Below, in pieces: positions 12,691 through 24,203 of a stretch of DNA of 64,000 nucleotides. The stretch's first letter is position 1; every line of letters begins with the position of its first letter. The position numbers and the translations under genes are program-made. Below the pieces are notes generated by a model. The model saw only the letters and a list, made by a program, of their open reading frames with translations, ran no database searches and was not told the origin of the DNA. The DNA comes from Octopus sinensis (lineage: Eukaryota), in contig NC_043015.1 of NCBI RefSeq assembly GCF_006345805.1, positions 33,418,001 through 33,482,000 of the forward strand, in the 5' to 3' direction.

Positions 12691-12977
12691 TTCAAAGGTT
12701 CTTCCACTTCTTCTTATTAGTTATCTTCAAGTCTGGAGGCCCATGACTTTTTATAGACTGATAAGTGGGAAGAAGGAAGATAAAATTAAATAAAGGAATC
12801 CCTAATTAAATATGATTCAGCCCAGACACCCTCTGCAGCAGAAAACGATTGAAAAAATATTGCTGTAGCCTTTTTCATGTTACTCTATTGGTGCTACTCC
12901 AAATCAAGTTGATGTTTTATAAAAAACAGAACAGGCTCTGGTTTAAGTCAGTCTTCATCAAGTAGACCCAATAAATA

Positions 12978-13209
12978 CCTATTTCTTTATTACCCACAAG
13001 GGGCTAAACACAGAGGGGACAAACAAGGACAGACATAAGTATTAAGTCGATTACATCGACCCCAGTGCATAACTGGTACTTAATTTATCGACCCCGAAAG
13101 GATGAAAGGCAAAGTCGACCTCGGCGGAATTCGAACTCACAACGTAACGCAGACGAAATACCGCTAAGCATTTCACTCGGCGTGCTAACGTTTCTGCCAG
13201 CTCGCTGCC
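12978..13209 (-). mobile_element. Young family-A SINE (CpG retained) with a variant tail
   Basis: GTCGATTACATCGACCCCAG...GACCCCGAAAGGATGAAAGGCAAAGTCGACCTCGGCGG...CTGCCAGCTCGCTGCC. Confidence 0.85.
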
Positions 13210-13270
13210 TTATACCCAATAAATACAGGTGTTCCAATCAAAGGTATCTTGTTTTTCATTCAATTTAGAG

Positions 13271-13592
13271 CAGTGGTTCTCATCCATTTTTTCCTTATGG
13301 ACCCCTTTGATTCCTATTTTACGTTACTGGACCCTAACATTTAATATTTTTATTAAAATCCATATTTTCATAATTAAATATTTTGTACATTGTGGAAGTA
13401 TAACCTATTTATTGCACATAAATTCTGACAGCAATGTGTCATGTGGACCTGCATGGGTCATGTGGACCTGCATGGGTCATGTGGACCTGCATGGGTCATG
13501 TGGACCTGCATGGGTCATGTGGACCTGCATGGGTCATGTGGACCTGCATGGGTCATGTGGACCTGCATGGGTCATGTGGCTGAGAACCACTG
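13271..13592. mobile_element. hAT (Charlie-like) MITE, same family, containing a 19-bp minisatellite
   Basis: TIRs CAGTGGTTCTCATCC and GGCTGAGAACCACTG. The 8-bp flanks ATTTAGAG/AGCTAGAG match at 6 of 8 positions. Confidence 0.8.
13440..13579. repeat. Perfect minisatellite (CATGTGGACCTGCATGGGT)x7.4
   Basis: Seven identical 19-bp units plus 7 nt, with no spacers. Confidence 0.97.
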
Positions 13593-13933
13593 AGCTAGAG
13601 ATACATAATCTAATATGCCCTTATGGCAGTGTGTGACTGGAGGGAAAGTTGGCTGCTATTACAGCAGACAATCAATCACACAGAGGCTCATTCTTGAGTG
13701 TGTGTTTGTGTACATGGATCTTTGTTGCATGTGTTTGTGAGTTATAGGTATATGTGTATATGCTTGTGTTTATGTGTGTGAATATACATATCTATATATA
13801 CCTGTGTTATTGTATGTGTATATGCATTTACCTGTGTATATGTCCCAATGTATGCACGTCCTTTTGTTGTATATAAATGCACGTGCCAGTGAGTGTGTAT
13901 GAGAGAGAGAAAGAGGTAGAGAGAAAGAAAGTG

Positions 13934-13970
<37 letters not shown>

Positions 13971-14569
13971 ATACATGTAAGTGTGTGTGTGTCCCCCACA
14001 TGTTGTAAGCAATGAATATCCCCTCCTCATTTAGCTCTGCTTGATCACACCATTCCCATGAGATTAGTAAATCAAATCCTCAGCAAACTATTTACAGATC
14101 AGGCACTGGGGAGCATCGGTGAGTTTCGGTGAACATGTATTGAATGCTGTTAGTGTTAACGTACACACCTGCAGACATCATCATCATCATCATGATCAAT
14201 GTTAAAACAGACAGGTTAACGATGATGATATTTGAAGTCTACCAGCCTCTAGTACCATCTCAACACCACATCTTTCTGTTCTACCCACACCACCACCACC
14301 ACCACTTCTGCTTCACCCTGCCACCAAACCTTTGCTCCACCTTATACCTTCTTCATTGCCGCCGCCACCATCACAGCCACCACCACCACCACTCACTCTC
14401 TATCACTAAATACACTACAGAACACACATCTGTATTATGTGAAGCTCCAGAGTGCTGTGATGAAAGCCTAATTAAGTTGATTAATTAATCTATAAAGACT
14501 GTAGCCAATTTTGTTATAGCATTGAATGGCTGGAATATAGTAGACAAAGTGGATATTACCTCCAGGGGG

Positions 14570-14604
<35 letters not shown>

Positions 14605-15289
14605 TACTGACAATCATATGAATACATGTGACTCTTTCACACAAACACATGTAGACACATAGACAATGTCTCATTAGCAATCAATTAATTAACTCTTCAA
14701 TTGCTCACTTAGATTAATAAAGTGGGGGGGGGGAGAAGAATTCTTCATGTAAAATGGTTTATTGGAATATGGGAGGTTGGAATTATGGAGAATAATGAAG
14801 GTTTAATGGATAGAAAATTGGATGGGCTGTTAGCGGAACCGAGTAGAAGAACAAGATGCCTGAACAATGTTTATGATGGTGGTGATGAACAGGTGAAGAT
14901 AGTGGTGGTGGTGATGATGATGCTGTTGGTATTCAAACATGGTAGGGGTCACTTAACAAAACCTGTTTTTGAGTTCTTAGTCCTTGAAGAATATATTTTG
15001 TAAATTCATCTTTGCAAAACCCAGTTGCAGGGCCAGAGCTTCACTGAAGTTTCCTTAGCATTGAGCAGATGTGAGATAAATCCCACCTAAATAAGTTGTT
15101 AGTTTATCACAAAGAATTCTACAGAAATTCAGAGATATTTTTAATTAATTAAGCTAAGTTCATGTAATTAAGTGCATCTGTACTGACATCCACATGGAAT
15201 AGATTAAACTAGTTCCAAGCAGTGAATCTATAGTTTTATGAACAGAAGAAGATTACCATGCTTAGCAATCACAAATGTTTGATGCAGAG

Positions 15290-15900
15290 TTCATTACCCA
15301 GTCATGATTCCATTTGATAGCCAGATATAGAGACAATGACAAGGAACTGAGCCAAGATTCAATTTAATCAATGCTAATCTATATCTTGCAACTGTTCACC
15401 TCACCATTCACACTATCCTGAGAGGGGCTCAGATGTGGCAGTACCACAGATGAGTTCACTTCATGGATGCTGGAGTGCATGGTCAAACCAATAGAAGCAT
15501 CTTTTCAGCAACAGTCGTTAAAGATGACCGAATCAAGCAATAATGATAAACTTAGGGAGTTTGATGCAAACTTAAAAGTGCAAATGTGGAGCATTTGGTG
15601 AAGGTCAAAGTAGTCAAATACTTCCAGCTAATGAAAGTCCACCATTCTTGTTGGTCATGGTTAACAGCCGTACAGCAGCATAGGGTGAATAAGTGGTTGA
15701 GGCGACAAGGATTTCTGTCTCAAGCCAAAGTTGGTCTCTCAGAAGATAGTATGCTATACATGTCCAGTTAATGTGGACACATCTTTACTCTGGCTGATGG
15801 ACAGTGAAGGGTGTGTCAATGTACTTGAACAGACTGACCTCTCCCAGATTCTTGCTTCTGTGAATCACATTCTGTGGACAACATGTCAGCAGAAACAATA
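15290..15900 (-). mobile_element. Old RTE-clade LINE remnant (post-RT region)
   Basis: Minus-strand translation gives LIHPMLLYGC*P...LEVFD and YWFDHALQHP, degraded forms of the LLYGCExW and RWFGH motifs. Confidence 0.5.
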
Positions 15901-17225
15901 TTTACTTGAGCTGTGTGTGTGTGACCCCCTGGAGGTAATATCCACTTTGTCTACTATATTTACCTCAGTGTGTGATGTGTACCTATAAAAGTGTTCAGCA
16001 GATGATTGGCTGTCGAAACAATTGCCATCAATTATTGAAAAGTAGTCAAACTTGTGTTTGTGGCTCCACTAATCCAGCCATTGACCACCCACATCTGTGC
16101 TAGATTGAAGAGTTCTAAGGAACAACAGGTCAAAGATCTGAGTTTCACAAGACCAGAGATACAACAGAGAATGTTCAAATGTGGGTAAAAAAACATGGAT
16201 TTCTGTGCATCTATATCAGTCAGACTGCAGTGGTGTAGGTTGTTTTTGTTTAGCTGTCAGTCAGCATTCACCCAGAAGGGCTAGAATCAAAGTTATTCAT
16301 TCCAGCCATGACAAACCTGTCTTTTTTTACTCTAGGCATAGTGCATCTAAAGCTGGATTCCTTAATGTCTCCTTCCTTTTTAAAACAGCAGGGAGCAGTT
16401 TGAGGGATATATGGTTGGTATTTCTAGCAGACTGGGTAACCAAGTAGTGAATTCCCTCCTCGGTTCAAATATATAGTGGTTGCTAGAAGAGGTAAATCGG
16501 TGTGTGATCAGTGAAATATGGTATCTGGAAGAATGAGAACGTAAAGTTGGTGGTATACAAAAAAAGATAGTCTTTCACAAACCTGGCCAACTCATAGTTG
16601 CACTTTATTACAGATGTAGCCAACCCATTAAAGCAGTGTACTGTAAATATAACCAACCAACTGTAGCTAACCAATCAAAGGGGTCTATTACAAATCTGAC
16701 CAATCCAATGTAGCAGTCTATAGCCAACCCATTGTAGTATTCTACAGCAGACTAAGTCAACCCATTGTATCAGTCTAACGCTATACTTAACCAATCCATC
16801 ATAAAAGTTTATTGCAGACCTATCATAGTAGAGATGGCAAACTCCTCGTAGCAGAAAATAAAGAAACAAATGATTCCATTTCCTACAGCTACAGCCAATA
16901 TATTCAGACAATTCATAGACTCATGTTAAGATAACTATGATGATGATGATGATGATGATGACAAAGATGATAATCATGACGATCATCATAATTTTTTTAG
17001 TTTTAACCTCACAATGTTAACACCTGTTGTAAATCCCCACCTTCACCTGTTACCTCTTACTGCCACCTTTATCCAAGAGAATGGAGGAGGAGGAAGAGCT
17101 GTGGCGACCATCACAACCAGTTTCTATATCTATATACAGTGATAGACTTACACATCTCTAACACAGAATTACTCATATGATGGTATTTCTGTATAATTCC
17201 ATGCACACACACACACACACATGTA

Positions 17226-17258
<33 letters not shown>

Positions 17259-17300
17259 TATATATTATATATATAATATATATATATATAATATATATAT

Positions 17301-17343
17301 AACCATGCTAGCATGGAAAGCGGACGTTAAACGATGATGATGA
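17301..17343 (+). mobile_element. Extreme 3' tip of the RTE tail within (TA)n
   Basis: AACCATGCTAGCATGGAAAGCGGACGTTAAACGATGATGATGA. Confidence 0.7.
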
Positions 17344-18891
17344 TATATATATTTATGTGCATGGAATTATACAGAAATACCATCATATGAGTAATTCTGT
17401 GATAGTATGTGTAAGTCTATCACTGTATATAGATATAGAGACTGTGTGTGTGTGTGTGTGTGTGTGCGATCATTGATGCTTTATGTCCAACTTCTTTCAA
17501 TTTTGGCATGGGTCTGGTTGGACAGATTATTGATGCTCACTATATATATATATGCGTATATACATAAAACAAGCATGAGAGAGTGAGTGCGCACACAAGT
17601 GAATGAATGCCCAATGACAAATAGAAAAGAAAGAAGAGCAAGAAAGTGGAGGGGGAGAGGAGGAAAGAAACCATTTTTGCAGAATATATGAATAAAAAGT
17701 AGCCACACTGCTACACACCATGCCACCGAAAATACCATACTATAACACACACACACACCCATACAGAAACACCACTCACACCATACTACTACTACACCAT
17801 GACACAACACATGCACATTGCTAAGCAGAGTACACCACCACACACAACATATCGGACAGCATCATGATGCACATACCATTACAGAGAGAGAGAGAGAGAG
17901 AGGACAAAGCATTAAGATCTGCTACAAACATCTATAAACACACACAGAAAAGACACATAAAGAGGCAGACAGAAACACACACAAACAGGCAATGCATTAA
18001 GATCGTCTAAGAATACTGAGACTGAGGCAAACACAGACACACACACACACACAAGACAATATATTTAAGATCTCCCAGGAACAGCCTCAATGTCCAGTTT
18101 TATTTTTTTTTTCCTTCATCCAGCAGAGAAATCAGTTGAGCGAGAATGAAATATTAACTGAGTGCAGCCAAGTGGAACAAAGAACATGGAAATGAACTAG
18201 TAAAAGACACAGCAGCCAATAGATGGAGCAGCAGGCAGAAGAGAGAGAAGGTGGTGGAGAAGGAAAGCAAAAGTGAAAGAATATTGAAGGAGTGGGAGAA
18301 AGAAACTCCCCATCTCTGTGTTGGTCTATCTAAACTTCAGGACCAGGAAAAGGACCCACACAGTATAACATGGAGTATAACTGACGATGCCCCCTCCCTG
18401 CTTCTTTATTCCCTCAAACTAGGTAAACTGCAGTTTTTGTCTTACTGAGAAACACCACATATTAAAACAGTTCACCAAATCCCTCAACAAGAAGGCTCAG
18501 CTTAATGCTGTCATTCATGGAGATCAGTATGAGCAAATTTTAAGCAATTAGATTATAGCACTGTTTCATAACTTCTACAAATACTTTAGTAAAAATTTAC
18601 TGGAATTTCTAATGAAAACAAAAGAACCAGAACTTAGCTTTTGCTCATTTGGCAGCTGTTTCCCACTCGGCAGATGCTATATAACATCTAGATGTCATTT
18701 ACCAATAATCTGACCACTGGCTCCATCATGTAACAAGAACTAAACTAATTAAGAACAAAATGTATACATTATTCAATGACAATAACCTTGTTAAGAAATT
18801 CTGGCTTCCCCACCACTTGGATTGATACTTGAACAGACTTGCTTTTACATCTGTGAAACTTTAAGTCATAAATTGTAAATATAAAAAGGTT

Positions 18892-18949
<58 letters not shown>

Positions 18950-19010
18950 AAGAGAGAGGGAGGGAGGTGAGTGTGTGCATGTCTGTGTTTATATACACAC
19001 ACAAATGTGT

Positions 19011-19219
19011 ATATGTGATCGCATGTGTATCGTTGGCGATTTCTTTTTCCTCCGTCTTCCCTTCCTTGGACCTTGCCATTTTCTGTTTCTGACGAAGAGC
19101 TCTGCTCAAAACATTAAATCCTCCTTCTTTCTTTCCTTTCCTGAGTGTCCAATAACACTATACTTGTTCCACGTCCTCGGGTTGTTGTGTTTACTCTTTG
19201 TTCATGCTTGGAGTAACCA
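19011..19219 (+). mobile_element. Non-autonomous PLE-terminal-repeat-like element with a decayed hammerhead (family 2)
   Basis: Homologous to 40614-41194 (ATATGTGAYCGCRTGTGTATCGTTGGCGATT...CCTGAGYRTCC...ATAACACTATACTTGTTC). The hammerhead at 19086-19118 reads TTT-CTGACGA-A-GAGC(TCT)GCTC-AAAACATT-AAA, with CpG-type decay in the GAAACG part. Confidence 0.7.
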
Positions 19220-19827
19220 TACTAATACATACTAGTACATACTAATACTTACACCAACCCTATACATACACACGTCCAGACCCCGCATACGCACTTATAC
19301 TCTCTCTCACACACACACACCTATACATACCAATACGTACTAATACATACTAATACATACTAATACAACACCAACCCCATACATACGCACGTCCAGACCA
19401 ATCCTACGCACTAATACTCTCTCATACACAACACACACACCACACACACCCTTATACATACTAATACATACACCAACCCTATACATACACACATCCAGAC
19501 CCCTCCCACGCACTTTTAGCTGGTCCCTCAACCCATTTATCAACCCTATTATCTCCCCTTATTTCGCTCTCGCGTCTCATGTTTGATCTTTGACCTCTGG
19601 CCGAAATCAGATCGCCATGTTGATTCGTTAGCTACTGCACGCATTTTTTTCTCTCCTTCTTTCTGTGTTTTTCTCTCTCTGTGTATCTTTCTGTTGAAGA
19701 GCGTAGGCTCGAAACGTTAAAGACTTGTTTTATTTATATTTCCTGAGCGCCATACTAATACAATTGTTCGTTGTTTTCCACCTGCCTTCGTCTTTTGTTT
19801 ATTTTCATAAAGCTTCCCGTTATATAT
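19220..19827 (+). repeat. 5' pseudo-LTR of the Neptune-type PLE
   Basis: Direct repeat of 23578-24176. It contains CATACTAATA-type subrepeats followed by the hammerhead-like motif. Confidence 0.92.
19686..19723 (+). ncRNA. Minimal type I hammerhead-ribozyme-like motif with non-canonical core (5' pLTR)
   Basis: TCTTT-CTGTTGA-A-GAGC(GTAG)GCTC-GAA-ACGT-T-AAAGA. Stem I is TCTTT/AAAGA, stem II is GAGC/GCTC and stem III is the palindrome ACGT. Core position 6 is U instead of A. Confidence 0.7.
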
Positions 19828-20431
19828 TATGCGCTCACGTGGTCTCACTTTCATCCTATATTCTACCAAACCACTATCAACACTTACCTCTACCTTGGAT
19901 TTTCTTTACCTCTTGGATACTTACCATCGGCTGCACCTCTCTTTCGCGGATCAAAGTGACTTTGCATTGATGTGAAATCCTTAAAAAATATACCACGACG
20001 TCTACACATTTCTCACCTTGAACTTTCAACCTTGAACTTGTTCGCATAAACTGTCCCGTTTGTTGTATTTTTTTTTCTCTTATATTACCACTTTTTTTAC
20101 ATTCATTTCATGCTTCCACATTTTCCTGAATTTTTGTTCTCCTTTCCGTCTTTCTTCCCTCTCTGGATGTCCATACTCCGTTTCCTCTGCCTGCACCCCC
20201 TTTTTTGCCTCCCCCTCTCCTGCTTCCCTTCTTTCTTTCCCTTTTCCGTTTGCCCCGTCTTTCTGCCCCTATCGCTTACTTATCTAGTTTTTTCATACGA
20301 TTATTATTTTTTTGTTTTTTGAACGTTTGTTTTTTCCCCTTTTTTCGCTATCCTTTTTTTCTATTTTTTTCATACAATAATTTTGTTTTTTGTTTTTTTT
20401 GTTTCGAACGTTTTTTTTCCGCTATCCCATC

Positions 20432-23297
20432 ATGCCGGATCCTAGGTCCTACCTCCTCACCCTCCATCACCGTTTGAAGGATCATCTACGTTCGCTTCCT
20501 GTATATTGCCTTCAGCCGTCCGTTAATCTCTCTCTACTTCTTTTTAAAAAACCCGCTTCTCTAGCCATGTCTCTTTCCTAAGCCGCTGCCTACATCACCG
20601 ACTCATCCTAAAGGTTTCCGCCTCCACTTCCACCCTGCTCTCCACTCGGATTCTTCCATCTTACCCATACTCCGCACCACATCTTACCGCCTTATGCGGG
20701 CCACCATTCGCTCCAATCTCTCCAAACTACATGCCATCAACCGCCTTCTTCCTCCTGCTTTCTCCACCTTCTTCTCCTCTCTGCCGCCTCTCTATGCTCC
20801 AAACACGCTACGCTTCATTATCCATTTGAATCAACTCTTCCATCAATTTCTTTCTGATACCAAACTTCGTAAACTCCAATCACTCTTCCATTCCACCCTA
20901 CCCGACGCCACTACCCCAACTCCTCCACCACCCTTCTCCCCTCCCGATAGGCTCCATCCACCCACACCTAACCCCACTGTCCCTCCCTACAACCCTTCTC
21001 CCCTCCCGTTAGGCTCCATCCACCTACACCTAACCCTACTGCCCCGCCCAACCACCCCCCACACACCTCCCCAATCCCTCCCCTCAGACCTCCACGAGAC
21101 CTACCACCCCTCCTACTTCTATTCAACCCCCACCCTTCTCCACTTCCGTCTGTTGTTACCATTCCCCCCGATCTTCCCCTCTCTGCGGCTGAACGCTCCG
21201 TCCTTGGTAGGGGTCTGCGTTTCATCCCCCTCACTCCATCCTGTAAGGAATTCCAGACGCGAGTTGATGTCCACAGCTTTGTGCGCCGTGTCCGGTTGGG
21301 TGCGCATTACCACGACTCGCCACCCACACCCAACGAAGAGGACGACTGCTTCACTGGCCAGATCCTAGCAGTGGATCTTTTCGCGGGCGCTTGTCAGCGT
21401 GCATTGGAGCGGTTCAACTTCTCCAGGCGCCAACGCCGCCTCAACATCTCCCCGGCTGAGCTCTTGGCTCTTCGTTCCCTCCAACGGCGCGCTGACATTA
21501 TCATCAAACCGGCTGACAAGGGTGGAGCTGTAGTGGTGTGGCGCGCGGACCTCTATAGGGCCGAGGCTTTCCGCCAACTCAATGACACCTCCTTCTATTC
21601 CCCTCTGCCCTCTAACCCCACACGTAGCTACCAACAGACGGTATCCTCTACTGTCCAAGACCTCATCTCGTCCTCCCGTCTCCCCCGCACCGCATCCAAC
21701 CTAATTGTGCGAACCCCACGTACCCCCACCATTTACTTCCTCCCCAAAATCCACAAACCCAACAACCCTGGCCGCCCCATCGTCTCCGCCTGTAACTGCC
21801 CCACGGAGCTCATCTCTAAATACCTCGACCGTGTCCTTGCCCCCCTAGTGGCATCTCTTCCCTCCCACATCCACGATACCAACCATGCTCTCCGGCTTTT
21901 CAACTCTTTCTCCTTTCCTCCCGGCTCCTCCAAAATCCTTTTTACTATGGACATCCAAAGCCTCTATACTGTTATCCCTCACCACGAAGGACTGCAGGCC
22001 CTTCGACACTTTCTTGACCTCCGCTCTAACCCTGTACCTGACACCTCCACACTCATTCGTCTGGCCGAACTTGTCCTTACTCTGAACTGCTTCTCGTTCG
22101 CGGGCGAGTTCTACCATCAGGTCTCGGGAGTGGCCATGGGAACGCGAATGGGCCCCAACTATGCGAACCTGTTCGTTGGCTATGTTGAGGCCCAAATATT
22201 CTCTAATTTCACTGGTCCCACTCCTGAACTATATGGTCGTTATATTGACGACATTATCGGTGCCACCTCACTCTCCCGCGAACATCTAGATTCCTTCCTC
22301 TCTTTCGTCCAATCTTTCCATCCAGCCCTCCACTTCACTTCCACTATCTCCAACACCTCTGTCTCCTTCCTCGACATTTCGGTTAGCATTCTTCACTCCA
22401 CTCTTACCACCTCCATTCACTACAAACACACAGACTCACACTCATACCTCAACTTCTCTTCCTCCCACCCAGAACACACCAAGCTTTCCATCCCCTATTC
22501 CAATTCCTCCGTCTACGTAGGCTCTGTAGTGACGACCATGACTTTGAGACTCAGTCTCAACGTATGGCTCACCACTTCACCCTACGTGGATACCCCCTCA
22601 CCACTATCCACACCGCCCTTGCCAGAGCACGGTCCGTGGACCGTGTATCTGCTCTCTCTCCCCGAACCCGCCCTGTAGTCTCCCGCCTCCCTTTCCCCTC
22701 ACTTACCACCCCACGACCCTACGTCTCCAACGCACCATTCTTCGAGCTTTCCGTCATCTCCAGTCCGACCCGTCCACTTCACACCTCTTCCCTAACCGAC
22801 CCCTCCCCTCTTTCAAACGAGCCCACAACCTTCGAGACCTTTTGGTCCATAGCTCCTTCCCTGACCCTACCTCCCAACCCGGCTCGTTCCCCTGCTCCCG
22901 CCCACGTTGCCGCACTTGCCCTTACCTCTCCAACACCACCCGCCTCACTAGCACCCACCATCGACCCTATCCCATCATCCACTCCTTCACCTGCACCTCC
23001 AGCAATATTATCTATTGCATCTCTTGCTCTCTCTGCAATTCCTTGTACATCGGACAAACGGGACGCCGCTTGGCTGACCGGTTCGCGGAACACCTTCGTG
23101 ACATCCACCTTGCGAACGACACACCGGTCTCACGCCATTTCCGCTCCACCGGTCACTCCTTGCAACACCTATCTGTGTTCGGTTTGTCCTTACACAGAGG
23201 CCATCCGGATTCCCGTTTGCGCCGTGAACAGGAATTAATCTTCTCTCTTCGCTCTTATACGCCATTTGGTCTCAACTCTCCCCCCCTCCTCATCTAA
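20432..23297 (+). CDS. PLE polyprotein (N-terminal domain, RT, Cys linker, GIY-YIG endonuclease), about 955 aa if five -1 frameshifts are corrected
   Basis: Motifs in order: SHVSFLSRCL..IPKG; IIIKPADKGGAVVV; YFLPKIHKPNNPGRPIVS; LFTMDIQSLYTVIPH; QVSGVAMGTRMGPNYANLF; YGRYIDDII; FLDISV; YKHTDSHSYLNFSSSHP; linker CSRPRCRTC; FTCTSSNIIYCISCSLCNSLYIGQTGRRLADRFAEH. The Cys-rich linker is characteristic of Neptune-type PLEs. It is spread over ORFs 20390-20581, 20694-21368, 21281-22678, 22564-23238 and 22842-23297. Confidence 0.88.
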
Positions 23298-23495
23298 CCC
23301 CCCTCCCCCCTCCTCACCTATCCTTTCTCCCCCGACCCCTACTTCTTCAGTCCTTCATCCTTTCACCCCTACTCCCCTTCCCTTCTTCCCTCTTTTCTCC
23401 CTCCCTCTGCTCCCTCTTCCTCTTCCTTCTCCCCAATCCTTCCTCTTCCCCCTTCTCCTCCCCCTCCCCTCTCTCCCCCCTCCCCCTCTTCTCCT
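23278..23495. repeat. Homopyrimidine-rich (C/T) tract in the PLE 3' UTR
   Basis: About 220 bp of almost pure C/T with many C3-C6 runs. Confidence 0.85.
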
Positions 23496-23577
23496 CACTA
23501 CACCACATGACTTTACACATCACATCACATATGATGTGCCATACTAATACACACACCAACTAATACATACTAATACG

Positions 23578-24168
23578 TACTAATACATACTAGTACATAC
23601 TAATACTTACACCAACCCTATACATACACACGTCCAGACCCCGCATACGCACTTATACTCTCTCACACACACACACACCTATACATACCAATACGTACTA
23701 ATACATACTAATACATACACCAACCCCATACATACGCACGTCCAGACCAATCCTACGCACTAATACTCTCTCATACACACACACACACACACACACACAC
23801 CCTTATACATACTAATACATACACCAACCCTATACATACACACATCCAGACCCCTCCCACGCACTTTAGCTGGTCCCTCAACCCTTTATCAACCCTATTA
23901 TCTCCCCTTATTTCGCTCTCGCGTCTCATGTTTGATCTTTGACCTCTGGCCGAAATCAGATCGCCATGTTGATTCGTTAGCTACTGCACGCATTTTTTTT
24001 CTCCTTCTTTCTGTGTTTTTCTCTCTCTGTGTATCTTTCTGTTGAAGAGCGTAGGCTCGAAACGTTAAAGACTTGTTTTATTTATATTTCCTGAGCGCCA
24101 TACTAATACAATTGTTCGTTTGTTTTCCACCTGCCTTCGTCTTTTGTTTATTTTCATAAAGCTTCCCG

Positions 24169-24176
<8 letters not shown>
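23578..24176 (+). repeat. 3' pseudo-LTR of the Neptune-type PLE
   Basis: Direct repeat of 19220-19827. The differences I saw are mostly homopolymer or dinucleotide length changes. Confidence 0.92.
24034..24071 (+). ncRNA. Minimal type I hammerhead-ribozyme-like motif with non-canonical core (3' pLTR)
   Basis: Identical 38-nt motif to 19686-19723. Confidence 0.7.

Positions 24177-24203
<27 letters not shown>

Larger units (their letters stand above)
19220..24176 (+). mobile_element. Near full-length Penelope-like retroelement, Neptune-type, with two direct terminal repeats (pLTRs)
   Basis: RT and GIY-YIG coding region lies between two near-identical ~600-bp direct repeats (19220-19827, 23578-24176). 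The 3' end runs into (TA)n. The sequence is CpG-rich relative to the flanks. Confidence 0.93.

Noticed and set aside
13440-13579. Regular short repeat resembling a CRISPR array
   Set aside because: The units are contiguous with no spacers, it lies inside a eukaryotic MITE, and there are no cas genes.
19828-20431. Retained intron in the PLE 5' leader
   Set aside because: PLEs can carry introns and the region is pyrimidine-rich, but I found no convincing GT-AG pair on the plus strand.
20968-23265. Minus-strand ORFs overlapping the PLE
   Set aside because: They are shadow ORFs of a GC-rich coding region with no recognisable motifs.
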